A DNA stretch of 64,000 nt from Lingula anatina (lineage: Eukaryota > Animalia > Brachiopoda), in assembly GCA_051362555.1 (NCBI GenBank), contig JBPQGU010000016.1, forward strand, positions 372,001 to 436,000, given 5' to 3'. The notes under the pieces were generated by a model. That model worked only from the letters and a program-made list of their open reading frames with translations. It searched no databases and had not been told where the DNA came from. Below are positions 13,134-25,651 of this stretch, one piece after another. The number at the start of each line of letters is the position of its first letter. The stretch's first letter is position 1. The position numbers and the translations under genes were made by a program.

Positions 13134-14794
13134 CAGACTTAACATTTAATATGGAATATTTCAGTTTCAAAGGTATACCTTGGTAAAAATGCGTTCTTTT
13201 TTCATAAAACTCAGATCTCACATAAAATATCTGACTGGAGAAGTGTGAAGTCAGGTGTGTCGCTACCAATTAACTGACTACCAAGTCTGGTGCACTGCTG
13301 CATTGTGTAATATGCAGTGTTTTAATTGGGTAGTGCCCCTTTGGGATAGCCAAAGCTTGGCTTTGGCGAAGCATGGTGCTGTTAAAAAAGTATCCATATG
13401 TCGGTAACTACTGCATAGAAGAATTTGAAATGTTGCATGCAAGCGGTCAGTTTTGCAGTGCTTAAAATGAGTTAAACAATGTTTTACAAAATTGTTAATC
13501 TGTAACAGAATGGCGCGAAAAAGACAGACATTGCCAGACAGATTATTGTGTCAAACGAAATGGTCAGCACAGTTTTATGGAGTTATACCCAGACTGATGT
13601 ACCTACACAGAGACCACGGCCAATGTATCGCCGTCTTACCACCAGGGTACAGGACTCAGTGTCCTTCATGATATGCTGCTGCAACTAAATAAAATCCACC
13701 CAGTCCGTTCAGAATGAGGGGCAAATTGTGACCAAAACGCGTTTTTCAAGGCTCTTAGCGAATACCAAACTGGTTTAAGCAGGTTAGGATACCAAACGAC
13801 CTCTGAGGAAGCCACTGTAAACAGTAAAAAAGTGTCGTTTGTTTCTCTAATGAATTGAGGACCATGACCGTTTCTGGGTAGAACACTGAAACCGCGTGGC
13901 TTTCTTTATTGAGGTCAGATTTCACCTGTATCGCTTAACTGGTCCAAACAGAGTTTACAGACATCCAGAAGAGGCCTACGACAAGTCGTGTGCCGCTTCT
14001 GAAGTGACTAGGGTCATTGACAGCGTCAGTATTTGGAGTGAATACCACATTGGTGCCAAAACAGCAATGGTAGTCATTGATAAAAACCTAAACCAGATGA
14101 AATAAAGGAATAATGTGGGAACCATTTGACTATCATTTGATAGGGGGCACCTTAGGAACAATTTTAGGTTGCACGATGAGATTGCCCGTTCACACAGAGC
14201 ACTTTTAATAGCAGATAACTTACAGAGACGAGGAATTGAGCAGATACATTGGTCATCAAAATCGCCATATTTGAACCACATAGACAATACGTGGATAGGT
14301 ATTACTCTCCGAATCAACGGCCTGCGTGTCCTACAACAAAACTGAACCAAACTGGACAAGTTTTGACCGTTGCCTGGTATTTTTTTTCCAGATTAAACTC
14401 TAAAAACCTATCCTAAGGAATGCCTTGCCGCTTGAAAGCTCTGGTAGCAGCCAGATGAGGTCAGGTGTAACAGCCATCGTTGCTGTGACAAGACACTGAC
14501 ATGAGGGTCCTTTGTTGGGCGTATAACTCTTTTAAAGACGATAATTTGGAAAATATAGAGATCCAAAACATCGCTTTCAATGGTTGCCGTATGACCTAAA
14601 ATAGGCAATGCATTTTTGTTTGCTTCACTGGCGAATTCAGGTGATGAACTGATGTCACAATGACATCAAAGAGATAAATAAAAGTTATTAAAACGCCATT
14701 TTAATCCTTATTTTCATTTATAAGTCAGCAAAATCGGAAAAAACTGACGAAAAATAATTTGGAAAAAAATATTCCATATTAAATGTCAAGTCTG
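13134..14794 (+). mobile_element. Decayed full-length Tc1 family B element in gene 2 intron
   Basis: TIRs CAGACTTAACATTTAATATGGAATATT / AATATTCCATATTAAATGTCAAGTCTG with TA on both sides. Remnants HDEIARSHRA and WSSKSPYLNHIDN resemble the Tc1 QDDNARPH and WPxxSPDLNPIEN motifs. Confidence 0.9.
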
Positions 14795-15134
14795 TATGTA
14801 TTTAACAATGTGTTGAAGATATCTTAAATAGTTATAACATATACTTCATGATTACTTGTTAATTTGTTTTATACCACTGCCCTGAACCAATACCTTTTCT
14901 ACTTTTGGCTGAGGTGGACTCTATATGGGTACTTTTTCCACGGCTATTTTTGACAATCAGAACAGTTAACGGTGTTATTAAGTTTTGCTGTTCAGTTGCC
15001 TAATGTTTATAAATATACAACAATGAACGTTAAGGGTTGGATATTGCTAACAAATAATTTGGGCGGTGAAGGAGAACAGCGAAAAAAAGTCTGATCTCGA
15101 GAGAGACGATAACTTTAATCTTAAATAATAAGGT

Positions 15135-15604
15135 GTAGTTTTTACACATGCTGCTTTTTATAACCTAGATCCACCATATATAATTGATCTAGTCAAACAT
15201 TATAGCCCACAAAGATCCCTGAGGTCTGGTGACAAACTTTTACTGAAAGTTCCCAAATCAAAGTTAAAAACATATGGTGACATATCATTTTGTGTAGCTG
15301 CACCAGTAGAGTGGAATAAGTTACCAATTTTTATTAGACGAATAGAATCACAAGAATCTTTTAAAAGGGAATTGGAAAACTCACATTTTTAAGACATTTT
15401 ATTCATGAATTTAAAATTTTACACGAAGGAAACCTTGGTTTTTTTACTTTTAATTACTGTTTATTACAATTTAGTATAGCTCTGATTTATATAATATATA
15501 TCTAAACCATTTTATCTATAAACTTCTTTGTATTTTATGTGGTACAGTCTATTGAACATTTTATGGATTTTAGACTCGAAATAAATAAATTATTATTATT
15601 ATTA
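15135..15604 (+). mobile_element. 5'-truncated L2/CR1-group LINE 3' end
   Basis: Translates PPYIIDLVKHYSPQRSLRS...LLKVPKSKLKTYGDISFCVAAPVEWNKLP...FKREL, the typical L2/CR1 ORF2 C-terminus, then AATAAA and an (ATT)n tail. Confidence 0.85.
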
Positions 15605-15644
15605 TAGCATTTGAGACAAATTTTAATACTATTTCACGATTATA

Positions 15645-17310
15645 CAGCATTGGTCAAAAAATTTGTCCCACCCCCATTTCCATGTATTTTTATTTACAAA
15701 TGATCACCTCACAGCTGTGAACTGTTAGAAATAGTGCTTTTTATCACGGATACCGTGTCTAACATGATTAATGGTTAAAAAAATACAAAATAGTGGTGAA
15801 AATATACATATTTTATACCATTTAGTAAAATTTATAAGAGGTACCCCCTCAAATCGACTGTTTCACTGTTACTTCTACAGATGTAAAGAAATGTCTATAA
15901 AATTGAAAAGGTGCCATCAAATGTCACCAAATTCACACACAATTAGCATTAGGGTGTGCTCGTTAAAGATCACGTGCGTAACAGCGTGTGCATCTACCGC
16001 GTACTGCAATTATCTCCTGTAGACGGCGCGACAAGCCTTCAACATGGGTAACAATTCTGTTATGTGGGATATTGTCCCATTCATCCTAAAGAGCGTGGCG
16101 GAATTGGTCAAGATTATTTAGGAATTGGTTCTCCTCTGCAATGCACATTCCAACTTATGCCACAGGTGCTCAGTAGGATTAATATCAGGACTCAAAGACG
16201 GTTGTCCCATCCTCAGAGCCCTGTGTTTCTGCAACAAATCGTTTGCCAGACGGGAGCTGTGAGCAAGTGCGTCGTCACAATGAAGCCAGTAGTATCCCTG
16301 AAGTCACCTCTTGCAAATGGAGTGAGATTTCTGTTGAGAATGTTACATAAAAATACCCCTGTTACGTTTTGTTCCAAAAGTAACAATGTACTAATACCAT
16401 GGGCTTGGAATGTTCTCCAAATGCGGATTGATCTAACACCTCAGGCGATATTATCCTGCACACACCCTTCCAAGAGGCATTTTTTAACATGTCTATGGAC
16501 CCTCTTTGACCATCGATGGGATACAAGAAATAATTTGATTCTGCATCAAAATCAACCTCCTTCCAGTGATGGATGGCCAGGTTCAGGTGCCTGTGGGATC
16601 ACTGAACGTAGCATTCTCAGCTTATATCTCATTCCATCTTCAAGAACTGACTTTGGGGTTAACTTCAGGCTTTATCATGACTGCACACTTGCTCACACCT
16701 CTCGCCTGGCAACTGTTTGTTGAAGAAACATAATGGTCTAAGGATGGAACCACCATCTTTGAGCCCTGATATCAAACTTACTAATCAACTGTGACATGTA
16801 TTGGAGTGTGCAATGCAAAGGAGAACCAACCCTTTAAAAACGTGGACCAACTCCCCCAACTTGTTTAAGAAGAATGGGGCAATATCCCACAAAACAGAAT
16901 TGTAACCCGTGTTGAAGGCTTGTCGCGCCGTCTACAGGAAATAATTGCAGTACGCGGTAGACGCACATGCTGTTAGGCACGTGATCTTTAATGAGCACAC
17001 CCTAATGCTAATTGTGTGTGAATTTGGTGACATTTGATGGCGTCTTTTTAATTTTATAGTCATTTCTTTACATCTTTAGAAGTCACAGTGAAACAGTCGA
17101 TTTGAGGGGGTACCTCTTATAAATTTTACTAAATGGTATAAAATATGTATATTTTCACCACTATTTTGTATTTTTTTAAACCATTAAAAATGTTAGACAC
17201 GGTATACGTAATAAAAAACACTATTTCTAACAATTAACAGCTGTTAGGTGATCATTTGTAAATAAAAGTACATGGAAATGGGGGTGGGACAACCTTTTTG
17301 ACCAATGCTG
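15645..17310. mobile_element. Foldback Tc1 derivative built from two inverted transposase 3' ends
   Basis: TA-flanked CAGCATTGGTCAAAAA termini; inverted arms ~660 bp. SLSPDINPTEHLW on minus strand and SLSPDIKLTNQL on plus strand. Confidence 0.88.
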
Positions 17311-17482
17311 TATGCATGGGTTCCTTTCGGCAGGTAACATGTATGAATTATCATTTACCCTTTTATTGGATGTCTGAAAAAGGTCTTTGGCATGGGTTCC
17401 GAATATCAAATTTTAAAATAAAGAATTGAAAATTAATTTTAGAAAAAGGTTCTGCTACTGTTTACTATCCAAAGTACCTTAC

Positions 17483-17600
17483 CTGTGTAACTTCTCCTTG
17501 TTTCAGACCAAACACCTGTTATGAATCAACATCTTATCGATTTTTACCAGTGACGTTCTAAATACAACCCTTAGTCAACGACACCTACCGGTGAAATTTG
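17483..17600 (-). other. Putative 5' non-coding exon of gene 2
   Basis: CAG|GTAAG donor at 17482; homologous to 7476-7600. Confidence 0.65.
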
Positions 17601-18059
17601 ACAAGAAGCCCAATGGGAGAATCTCACCATCGTTCAACACATGTACCAGTATGAAGCGAGGATGGTAAAAACCGCACTGGAAATAAAACTTACTTAATAT
17701 GTTACAGTTTATGTCATTTTCTCGACAAGGATAGTGCATTTTGGGTATTTGCAAATCATTTGTTCTAGAGTGGATAACTGCAGATTCGCCAGGACCCACA
17801 CAGGACCCCCAAAAGGCGAATGATTATAAATGCCAGGAATATGGAAAAACACAGGAGTCATAAATATTTTGAAATATAATTTTAAAACAAATACGAAAGA
17901 AATGACACTGAGTGACTTAAAAAAGTTTTAAAATGTAGTATCCCAGGTTGTAGATTTAAAAAAATATGTTCACAAACATAATTTCTGATAAAATCTCAAA
18001 TCCGGTTTAACGCTCTTCTGGGTCTTCCGGAAGACGGTCAGATTTTCAAGTTTACATTG

Positions 18060-19091
18060 ACACAACGTCAAAGGTGAAACCAAACGGCATCTCAATGCAA
18101 AACCAAATGAAAATAAAAGCATCCGAAGTCATCTTACTACGAACGTACAGAGCAGGCCTATCAGTGAATACGATCCAACTTGTTTTGATTCTGTAGCTTT
18201 TCCGGTATTAAAGCACATCATACCACATGTTATCCATGTTCGGTAGAAAAATGACATCTCCTCGGAGGAATCATTTGCCAAATATGTTTTACTCAAAATG
18301 CCCATGGTTGCAATCGCACTTATATTGGTGCCATAGATCTTGAACTTAAATTGAGCTATAACTAACTCCGTATGGCTTGCATTTCATCAAAATGTGCTAT
18401 CTTCTTGGTTTGATTATCAGAGAGAAAACTTTTGATTTTTTACTATAAGAGAAAATTTGCGTCACCGCTACTCTTTTTATCAGTTTTGTTTGTTTCTTTT
18501 TTTTTAATGCCCCTCCTTTCCTATCTTGGGCCCTTGCTTCTCAAGACTTTTCATATGTTCATACAGTACCCGGGGCAAGTCAGCAGTCGACATTTGAAAG
18601 AGTAAAGACTACTCAATACTTAAACTGCCGAGGTGTGAACAGCTGTGGACGTCATCATGCTCCACAACGTCAAAAGTGAAACCAAACGTTATCTCAATGC
18701 AAAACCAAATGAAAATAAAAGCATTCAAAGTCATCTAACTAATCTCAATCTGAATATAAAACAAACTCCGAGCTCCGAGTCGGGTTGTCAAAAACGACTT
18801 CGTGTACGTCATGAACTTTACCGTTCATGTCAGGGGCTGGGGTTCCGTGGGCTGAAATGCGGCACCCGGATTATCGATTGCGACAGCAGGTCTACACATG
18901 TACACCCAATCTGGCGCTCTCCGTGAGGAGGTTGAAAGTTTCCATCTGATCAATTCGTACCAACGGAGCTGTCGTGGCTGCATGGTAACGCTGCTGACTT
19001 GCATACAGGCGGACTCTTCTTCCCTGGTTTGTATCACAGCTTGGTGGGATTATCAGACAGAAAACTTTTGATTTTTTACAAAGTTCGCGTC
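18060..19091 (+). repeat. Scrambled, diverged remnant of the 1.4-kb satellite downstream of gene 3, lacking the tRNA-like module
   Basis: Four unit segments joined out of order, with junctions at ~18319, ~18740 and ~19039. Confidence 0.88.
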
Positions 19092-20203
19092 AAACGCTGC
19101 ATTTTATAGTACAAATGTCTAACTTGGCATAAATGTTCCTTGGGCCAAAAGAAAATTTTTTGTCCAAAGAGACGCCCTCTATCGATACATTAGTTAGCAT
19201 AAATTATGCAAATTATGTGCCAAAATATATAATATTTCATATTTCCATTAATTTTTGGCCTAGAAACATGTATAGATTATCAAACCTGACTAAATTAGTG
19301 ACAAGGAACCCATTTTTGATCATTTGGAAGCAATTGGTGGCCATTTTGTGCCTAAAATCCAAGATGGCCGCCATCCGCCATTTTGAAAGTGGACATAATT
19401 TTGCTATTTTATGTTGAATTTTGTAGCGTTTGGTCTAACTATACTTGATATATATATCGATTCTTACTATTTTGGGGGTGCAAAAGTCATTTTTGATATT
19501 GTTATGGTGATAGTAGGTGATTTGAAGGAACAAAGAGGGTGTTTTAAGTGCCTACCAAGATATGTGTGAACGCTGCAAAACCATGGATATTGATAACCCG
19601 CATTCAAATATATCTCAATGCAATTTTTTGTTATATACCATCGCTATTGGACTATATTATGAGCAAAAAAACACATTTTTACCATTATGGAGGCCATTGG
19701 TGGCCGTTTTATCCCTCAAATCTAAGATGGCCGCCAAAACCCATTTTGAAATTGGGCATAATTCGCTATTTTGAAACTATATGTATTACATCTTTGTAAA
19801 TGAGTGATACGTCGTTTTATATTATATTCTGGTGCAGAATTCATTATCTGTTTCATGAAATGTGAGTACAAACTATTTTAGCCTCCAAAATCAATATGCA
19901 TGTAGGCTTAAGTTGTCAAATAGACTTACATGTGCCATGTACAGTAGTCTAATTAGTACAAAATGTTTTATTTAATCCTAAAGAGCTTGAAACAAGCGTC
20001 AGAGATCAAAATGGCTTAATTAAAGGTAAAGAACACATACCTGGTGCTTTGAAGACAATTGGTAGCCATTTTGATCCTCAAATCCAAGATGGCCGCCAGT
20101 CACAATTTTGAAATACGGGTAAGGCATAACTCATCAATTTGAAGCTATTGCTCTTACACTAGCATGTTATACATCGTTTCTAATCATTTGGGTTGTAGAA
20201 GTC
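19092..20203. mobile_element. Non-autonomous repeat with ~362-bp internal subrepeats
   Basis: AAGATGGCCGCC with upstream TTGGTGGCC/TTGGTAGCC recurs at ~19360, ~19724 and ~20085. The element separates the satellite from the gene 3' flank, which resumes at 20204. Confidence 0.6.
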
Positions 20204-20687
20204 GGCCTTAATGTGTACTTTTTATCGACAGTACGTACGCGAACCGTGAGTCTCTGCATTGCATTTTGTGCTAAATAAGTGGAGAACAAAGGGTCTTATT
20301 TCGAGCCCAACCTTCAATTAAAAGCTTACTAACTTAAATGAAGCGTAGAGAATCATTTCATATGTGTAAAAAGTTCCTTACATAGGATTTGGTGATTTTT
20401 TTTTCATATTCTTATCTCAACCTGTACACCCCTTACACATGTACGTAAACACGTGAATCCGATACAGCACATGCGATTAGTGTTTGAAGAATGTTCTACA
20501 AAATACTCTTTGTCAACAAGAAATAATCATGTAATACCAGTATAGCATTGTCTCTGTAGCGCAAGACGTTAGATCATAGTTAATCATAATTTTATGAAAA
20601 GAAAACATTTATTCAAATGATCGACTCTAATGCAGATAGACGTTTGAAGATAAGTTGGATGGAAAGATTCTGTAAGGCCTTTTGATT

Positions 20688-21968
20688 TCATTGTCCAATT
20701 AATAGTGAAAATTTATTCGGTCCTGAGCAGTACAATGTATCGGGTGTAAATGGCTGCTGGAGACGGTTTTCTAGTCCAAGGATTTTCTGTATTTCTGGTT
20801 TTTGCAACCACATTAATTTCTTTCTAATCATGGGGTGGGTATGGTCCCAGTGTTGAAGGATGAAATCCGGTGTCACAAGATACGATTGGTTCTCTTTTAC
20901 TTTCGGCTTCCCTGGAATCTTTATGTAAGGACCTGGCTGTAGAGTACCTGGACTTTGGCGCGAAGACGTTCCTTTTAATACAGCTTCAATTAATGGGTTG
21001 GCTTTGGGAGGGTTAGTTTTTGTTTTCGTCAGTAAAGCAGACGAGATGTAGTGTCGAGGCATTTCGTAATCATAATTTTGTTTGTACCTGTCCTTTGAGA
21101 TAATTCTATTTGAAATACTATTAGCAACATACAACGAGTTGCACTGAATGCGATAACTATGATACAGCATCGAAATCAGCTGACGAGTTATCCAGGCGCC
21201 ATTGAACCACGATTCACAGTCTAGTTGCAAATCGTAAGGTACCAGAAATGACAGTGTATCCTTGTGGAAAGCATTCAAACACTCATCAAAATCCCAGTTC
21301 AAGTTCACGGGTTCTTTTGTATTGACAAACTGTCTAGTCATATCTTGGTAACGTACGTGCCCCACAGCAGGTTGGTAATACATAAGAAACTCCTCGAACC
21401 GCTGAAAAGGGTCCGAGGCCATCTTGGGCCAAGGTTTCCAATTGACCTGTCCATCCGACTTAACTGAAAGCTCCAGGTCGTCGTCCATGAATATATAATA
21501 AAGATAACCGCCGTCTTTCATTTGGGACGCTAAGTTCACCGCGTGCTGCAGAAGCACATTTCTTCCAGAAGCAGCGGAGGTGTCTGGGGCGTAAATGTCA
21601 CCTGACCTATCTGCAAATGTCAGCCAAATGACGTCACGTTCGTTTGTTTCTTGTAAACCTTTGATGTCCCCCTTTGAAGGGCTTTCAATGAGATACACAA
21701 ATCGCTTCCCAGTCGTCTGGCTGTAATTTCTCGGTCGTACAACTGCATACCTTATTTCAAATATAAAACTTAGGGACTCAGGTAAGCCTACCCAAGCATT
21801 TGGTCTTTTCTTGTTTTGTGAATTTGTGTCCCCGTTGTCTCTGTACTTCACCACATTGCTTTGACTCACCCATGAAATAAGAAACACTGAGGCAAGTATG
21901 ATAGTCGAAAGAAACATGAATCTCTGAGATATCCGCATTGTCGTGGCCGTTCCAGTATGTTGGATCAT
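20688..21968 (-). CDS. Paralogue 3: type II membrane glycosyltransferase-like protein (homologous start at 21938; upstream in-frame ATG at 21968)
   Basis: Intact 426-aa ORF with the same motifs; acceptor at 21989; AATAAA on minus strand at ~20608. Confidence 0.88.
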   Translation of the reverse strand: MIQHTGTATTMRISQRFMFLSTIILASVFLISWVSQSNVVKYRDNGDTNSQNKKRPNAWVGLPESLSFIFEIRYAVVRPRNYSQTTGKRFVYLIESPSKGDIKGLQETNERDVIWLTFADRSGDIYAPDTSAASGRNVLLQHAVNLASQMKDGGYLYYIFMDDDLELSVKSDGQVNWKPWPKMASDPFQRFEEFLMYYQPAVGHVRYQDMTRQFVNTKEPVNLNWDFDECLNAFHKDTLSFLVPYDLQLDCESWFNGAWITRQLISMLYHSYRIQCNSLYVANSISNRIISKDRYKQNYDYEMPRHYISSALLTKTKTNPPKANPLIEAVLKGTSSRQSPGTLQPGPYIKIPGKPKVKENQSYLVTPDFILQHWDHTHPMIRKKLMWLQKPEIQKILGLENRLQQPFTPDTLYCSGPNKFSLLIGQ

Positions 21969-23436
21969 TCATGTACGAATTCACACATCTGAAATCTAAA
22001 TATATATATATAAATAGAGAGAGAGAGAGAGAGAGAGATCTAATGGTTTTGTTTCCTTGTTTGGATTTGTTTAATTTTTTTTTTAATTTCTAAACCCATA
22101 TATATACTATAATCATATATCGATTATAAAGTATTCTACATACATCGATACTTTGAAGTGGTCTCGGCTGGTCAAAATAAATGTGTTGTTGTTTCTTTTA
22201 TGTATCCCGAGTTTGATGTCAGCACACGCTATTAACACACCTTTCGGGGTTTTGCAGTTTACGGATCTTTGCACGATGAAAACATGTTAATGTTATATTT
22301 TATTTTACACACAAATATATGTAGCGTGCATTGGGCTATGTTGTTCAGATTGTCACGCAGCTGTTTTAACTAGCGGACCAGACTTATATTGAACTTTGTA
22401 AATTCGGACATTGGTCACGTGGTTTAGACCCAATTTTATGCCCATTTGAATTTGCACGTTTTAAGTATTTTTAATGGGAAATGATGAATTGACAGCTTGT
22501 TTTTCGTGAAAGACTAGTCTGAAAGGGTGCATTGGTGTACAAATGAACTTCAGTTTAACAGCGGGATGTTTTTTACTCCTCTATCGTGGCACTTTTTAGA
22601 TCACCAACCTCGTTGTGGGAATGGAATATAACAGGCGTGTGTTTACACAATTTTGAATTTGTTTTTATGTTTTTAATGGAAATGTCAGTGGGAAATAACA
22701 ATTTGGATTTTTTCTAGCAAGTTCTGAATATGCTTCTTACTTATAGAAAGTTTTATATGACCAGGGCTGTGCCAGTTCTATTAAATCACCACTTCCTTTG
22801 TATACATCTACATGTATGTCATGAGGACCTTGCTATATTTACCACTTTGTAATTGGGTACAAGTATTCTTTTGCTACAATTGTTGATTATATCCTCCTCT
22901 GTAATTAGAACTGATTAGATGCACACCTTATCATGGTTGCAATTTGGGTGATCTTTGCTATTGTCTAAAACACTATACCTGTGATTTAATTGTCTGACTG
23001 TTTTTATACCTGCAAAATTTACCTGGTCAGGTAAAATGGCACGTCCAGACAGGGGGCATTATAAGCTATCTGAAACATAGACTGTGATGCTTGTAGAAAA
23101 TTGTCTCGTTAAATTTCCGAATGATCATGCAAGGGGAAAATGTACAGTTATTATTTTTACTCTTTTCAGGTCTGTTATGGCCAATGAACATGGGGAAAAG
23201 AAAAGGTCACCATCTTCTGTTACTACTCCAGGCAGACAGAGGCTGCTGCTATCACAAAGAGATGCGGCATAGAATTTTAAATTAGAATTAACTAATTGAA
23301 TCCATCCATTGCATCTTACACTGCTGTCTGACATTTAATCCTTATTATACATTTGAAATCTCTATCAAAATCCTATAATACTGCTACATGTACAAGCAAA
23401 TAAATAACGTACAAGAATCAAATAATATCCATAATA

Positions 23437-23512
23437 CAGGGGCGGATCCAGATATATTTTCTGACAGTCTTTCAAATTATCTTTGCATCCATCCTCCATT
23501 CAACATCATCCG

Positions 23513-23543
<31 letters not shown>

Positions 23544-23618
23544 AAGTTATCGTCAATGGAAACTTGAAAATCTGACCGTCTTCCGAGAGACCCAGAAGAC
23601 TGCCTCAATCTGCCCCTG
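23437..23618. mobile_element. MITE with CAGGGGCGGAT termini and 6-bp TSD (ATAATA)
   Basis: TIR CAGGGGCGGAT / ATCTGCCCCTG; ATAATA on both flanks; inverted homologue at 34043. Confidence 0.88.
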
Positions 23619-24856
23619 ATAATACACAGACAATTTACAGGTATATGACATTCTGATAAAAAATCGTATATGCTTCCTACAAAATATTAACAACACATTT
23701 CTGATCACAGAAAAAAATGTCCTGTGTGTGCACTTTTCATTTTGTGTCAGCACTATTCATGATGATAATAAATGCCCATGAAGGTGTACGCCTGTTCAAT
23801 ATGATATGTAAAGGAGTCAGCCTTCCAGTCTACAACGTGCAAGAGAGCGGCCTTTCAGTACTTACCCAATGACGTTTTCTCTCCACTGACATGATTATGA
23901 TTTTTAAGAAAACCATGTGAACTGCATTGTTATTTTTATTTTGCACACTTATCACAAACAATTTTTTACTTGTATTGACAACAAAACTAATTACAAGCAT
24001 GGATTTGTATTTAAACTTTTGATCAAAATAAAAACAACTTGTAATTTCTACTTTATATAGGCCTACTATAAGCACGTAAGTAACCTGTGCTGTTATCCAA
24101 TACCTGAGAGGGCACCTAATGGGGCACTGTTGTTTATACATGTCGAAGGTAAACCAAATAGCTTCGTTAGGTCGTCGTTGTGGAAAACTCAGCTTTTACA
24201 TAGTCAATTCATTGAAAAATCTGTATCAATGATCATAATGTGTGTAATGTGGTCTCTGTTATCCAAATTTTGAATTTACCAGTCGATAACATAGGAGTAT
24301 TAGTATTTTTTCTGAGGTTTTCGCGGTTTCCGTATGCCAGCATGATGGGCTGAGTTAAGGATTGTACTCGCGTATTCTCGCAAGTTAACGGACTACTCTG
24401 TGGATTTCCACAGGTGACCCCCCGTCGCTTTGGCCTGTCACTCGTACACTTTGTCCCGCCCCTTAACAATAGACAATAGATTGCCACCCGTTTCCATTCC
24501 CTCCGATATAATTCCCTGGTCCAACTCACCTGCCAGAGAAAAATCTTGGCATCTTAAACTGTATCAAAAGTCCATTTGAAAAAGTTCCCATTGATTTTAC
24601 CTCAAAGCGGCTAGAAATAATACAGCAAGGTGTTATACAGCTAACCCCGTGTGAGCAACGCTGACAATTAGCTTCCAAATCCTGCCCTGTTAGTAATTTT
24701 TTTGTTGCACAGTTAAAGGCCGGTATTGAATCAATGTGTGAGTGCATTGATTTCCTTACTCTTCAGCCTCAATAACATAATGAACTCATTCTGCTTACCT
24801 GGTTATTATTGATGGAGTTACTGGTAAATGTATTAGTGAAGGGCTGGCTTGCAGGG

Positions 24857-24859
<3 letters not shown>

Positions 24860-24899
<40 letters not shown>
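24860..24899. repeat. (GA)n microsatellite
   Basis: Direct reading. Confidence 0.9.
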
Positions 24900-24902
<3 letters not shown>

Positions 24903-25090
24903 AAGGAAAAAGACTGATAATTGAACAATATCACAAGTATATATGTTGACCACCCTCAAATATGAAAAAAAATACAAAGAAGCTTATCCACAAATGTACA
25001 CCTAAACACTGAAGTCTCCATATCCGAAATGCTTCAGCAAAACATTTGTAAAATAGACAACAAAAAACATATCAACAAGAATACAACCAG

Positions 25091-25651
25091 CATAAAGGAC
25101 GTTTAGCACTAACCAGTGTTTGACACCCCATTTCCATAGATTAGATCGACCTACTTTAGATCGACCTAACTCCCTGGGGGTTCCCGCTAAATAGCTGTCA
25201 GCCGGGCGGACACGAAAGTTAATTAACCCCTTACAGCTTGTAGTAGGCTGGACGGACATTTAAATCGGATTATCTGAAAGTAATCTAGTGAGACTCCCCG
25301 TGGGGATAGGTCGATCTAAAATCTATGGGAACCCCCAGGGAGTTAGGTCGATCTAAAGTAGGTCGATCTAATCTATGGAAATGGGGTGTAAGTCTAACCA
25401 GTGGATAAATTCTCCTAACACCTGTTAACTAAACGGCAGTTGAAGTTGTGTTTCATAAACAGCGTTTAATCAGCATGTTAGTTAACTGACCTTTAAATAT
25501 TATATCCAGTTAAGCACTGGACAGTTAACTAACCGGCTGTTTGAACACTGTTTATGCAACACAATTTTAACCACCTTTCAGATAATGGGTGTTAGGAGAA
25601 TTTATCCACTGGTTAGGCTTATACACTGGTTAGTGCTAAACGTCCTTTATG
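25091..25651. mobile_element. Outer MITE with long TIRs, interrupted by a nested MITE
   Basis: CATAAAGGACGTTTAGCACTAACCAGTGT and CTAACCAGTGGATAAATTCTCCTAACACC have reverse complements at ~25588-25651. Confidence 0.8.
25123..25389. mobile_element. Nested MITE with ~63-bp perfect inverted ends
   Basis: ACACCCCATTTCCATAGATTAGATCGACC...GGGGTTCCC mirrored at 25327-25389; body homologous to 7674-7866. Confidence 0.85.

Noticed and set aside
16064-16723. 219-aa plus-strand ORF
   Set aside because: Mostly antisense to the decayed Tc1 transposase and runs across the foldback junction
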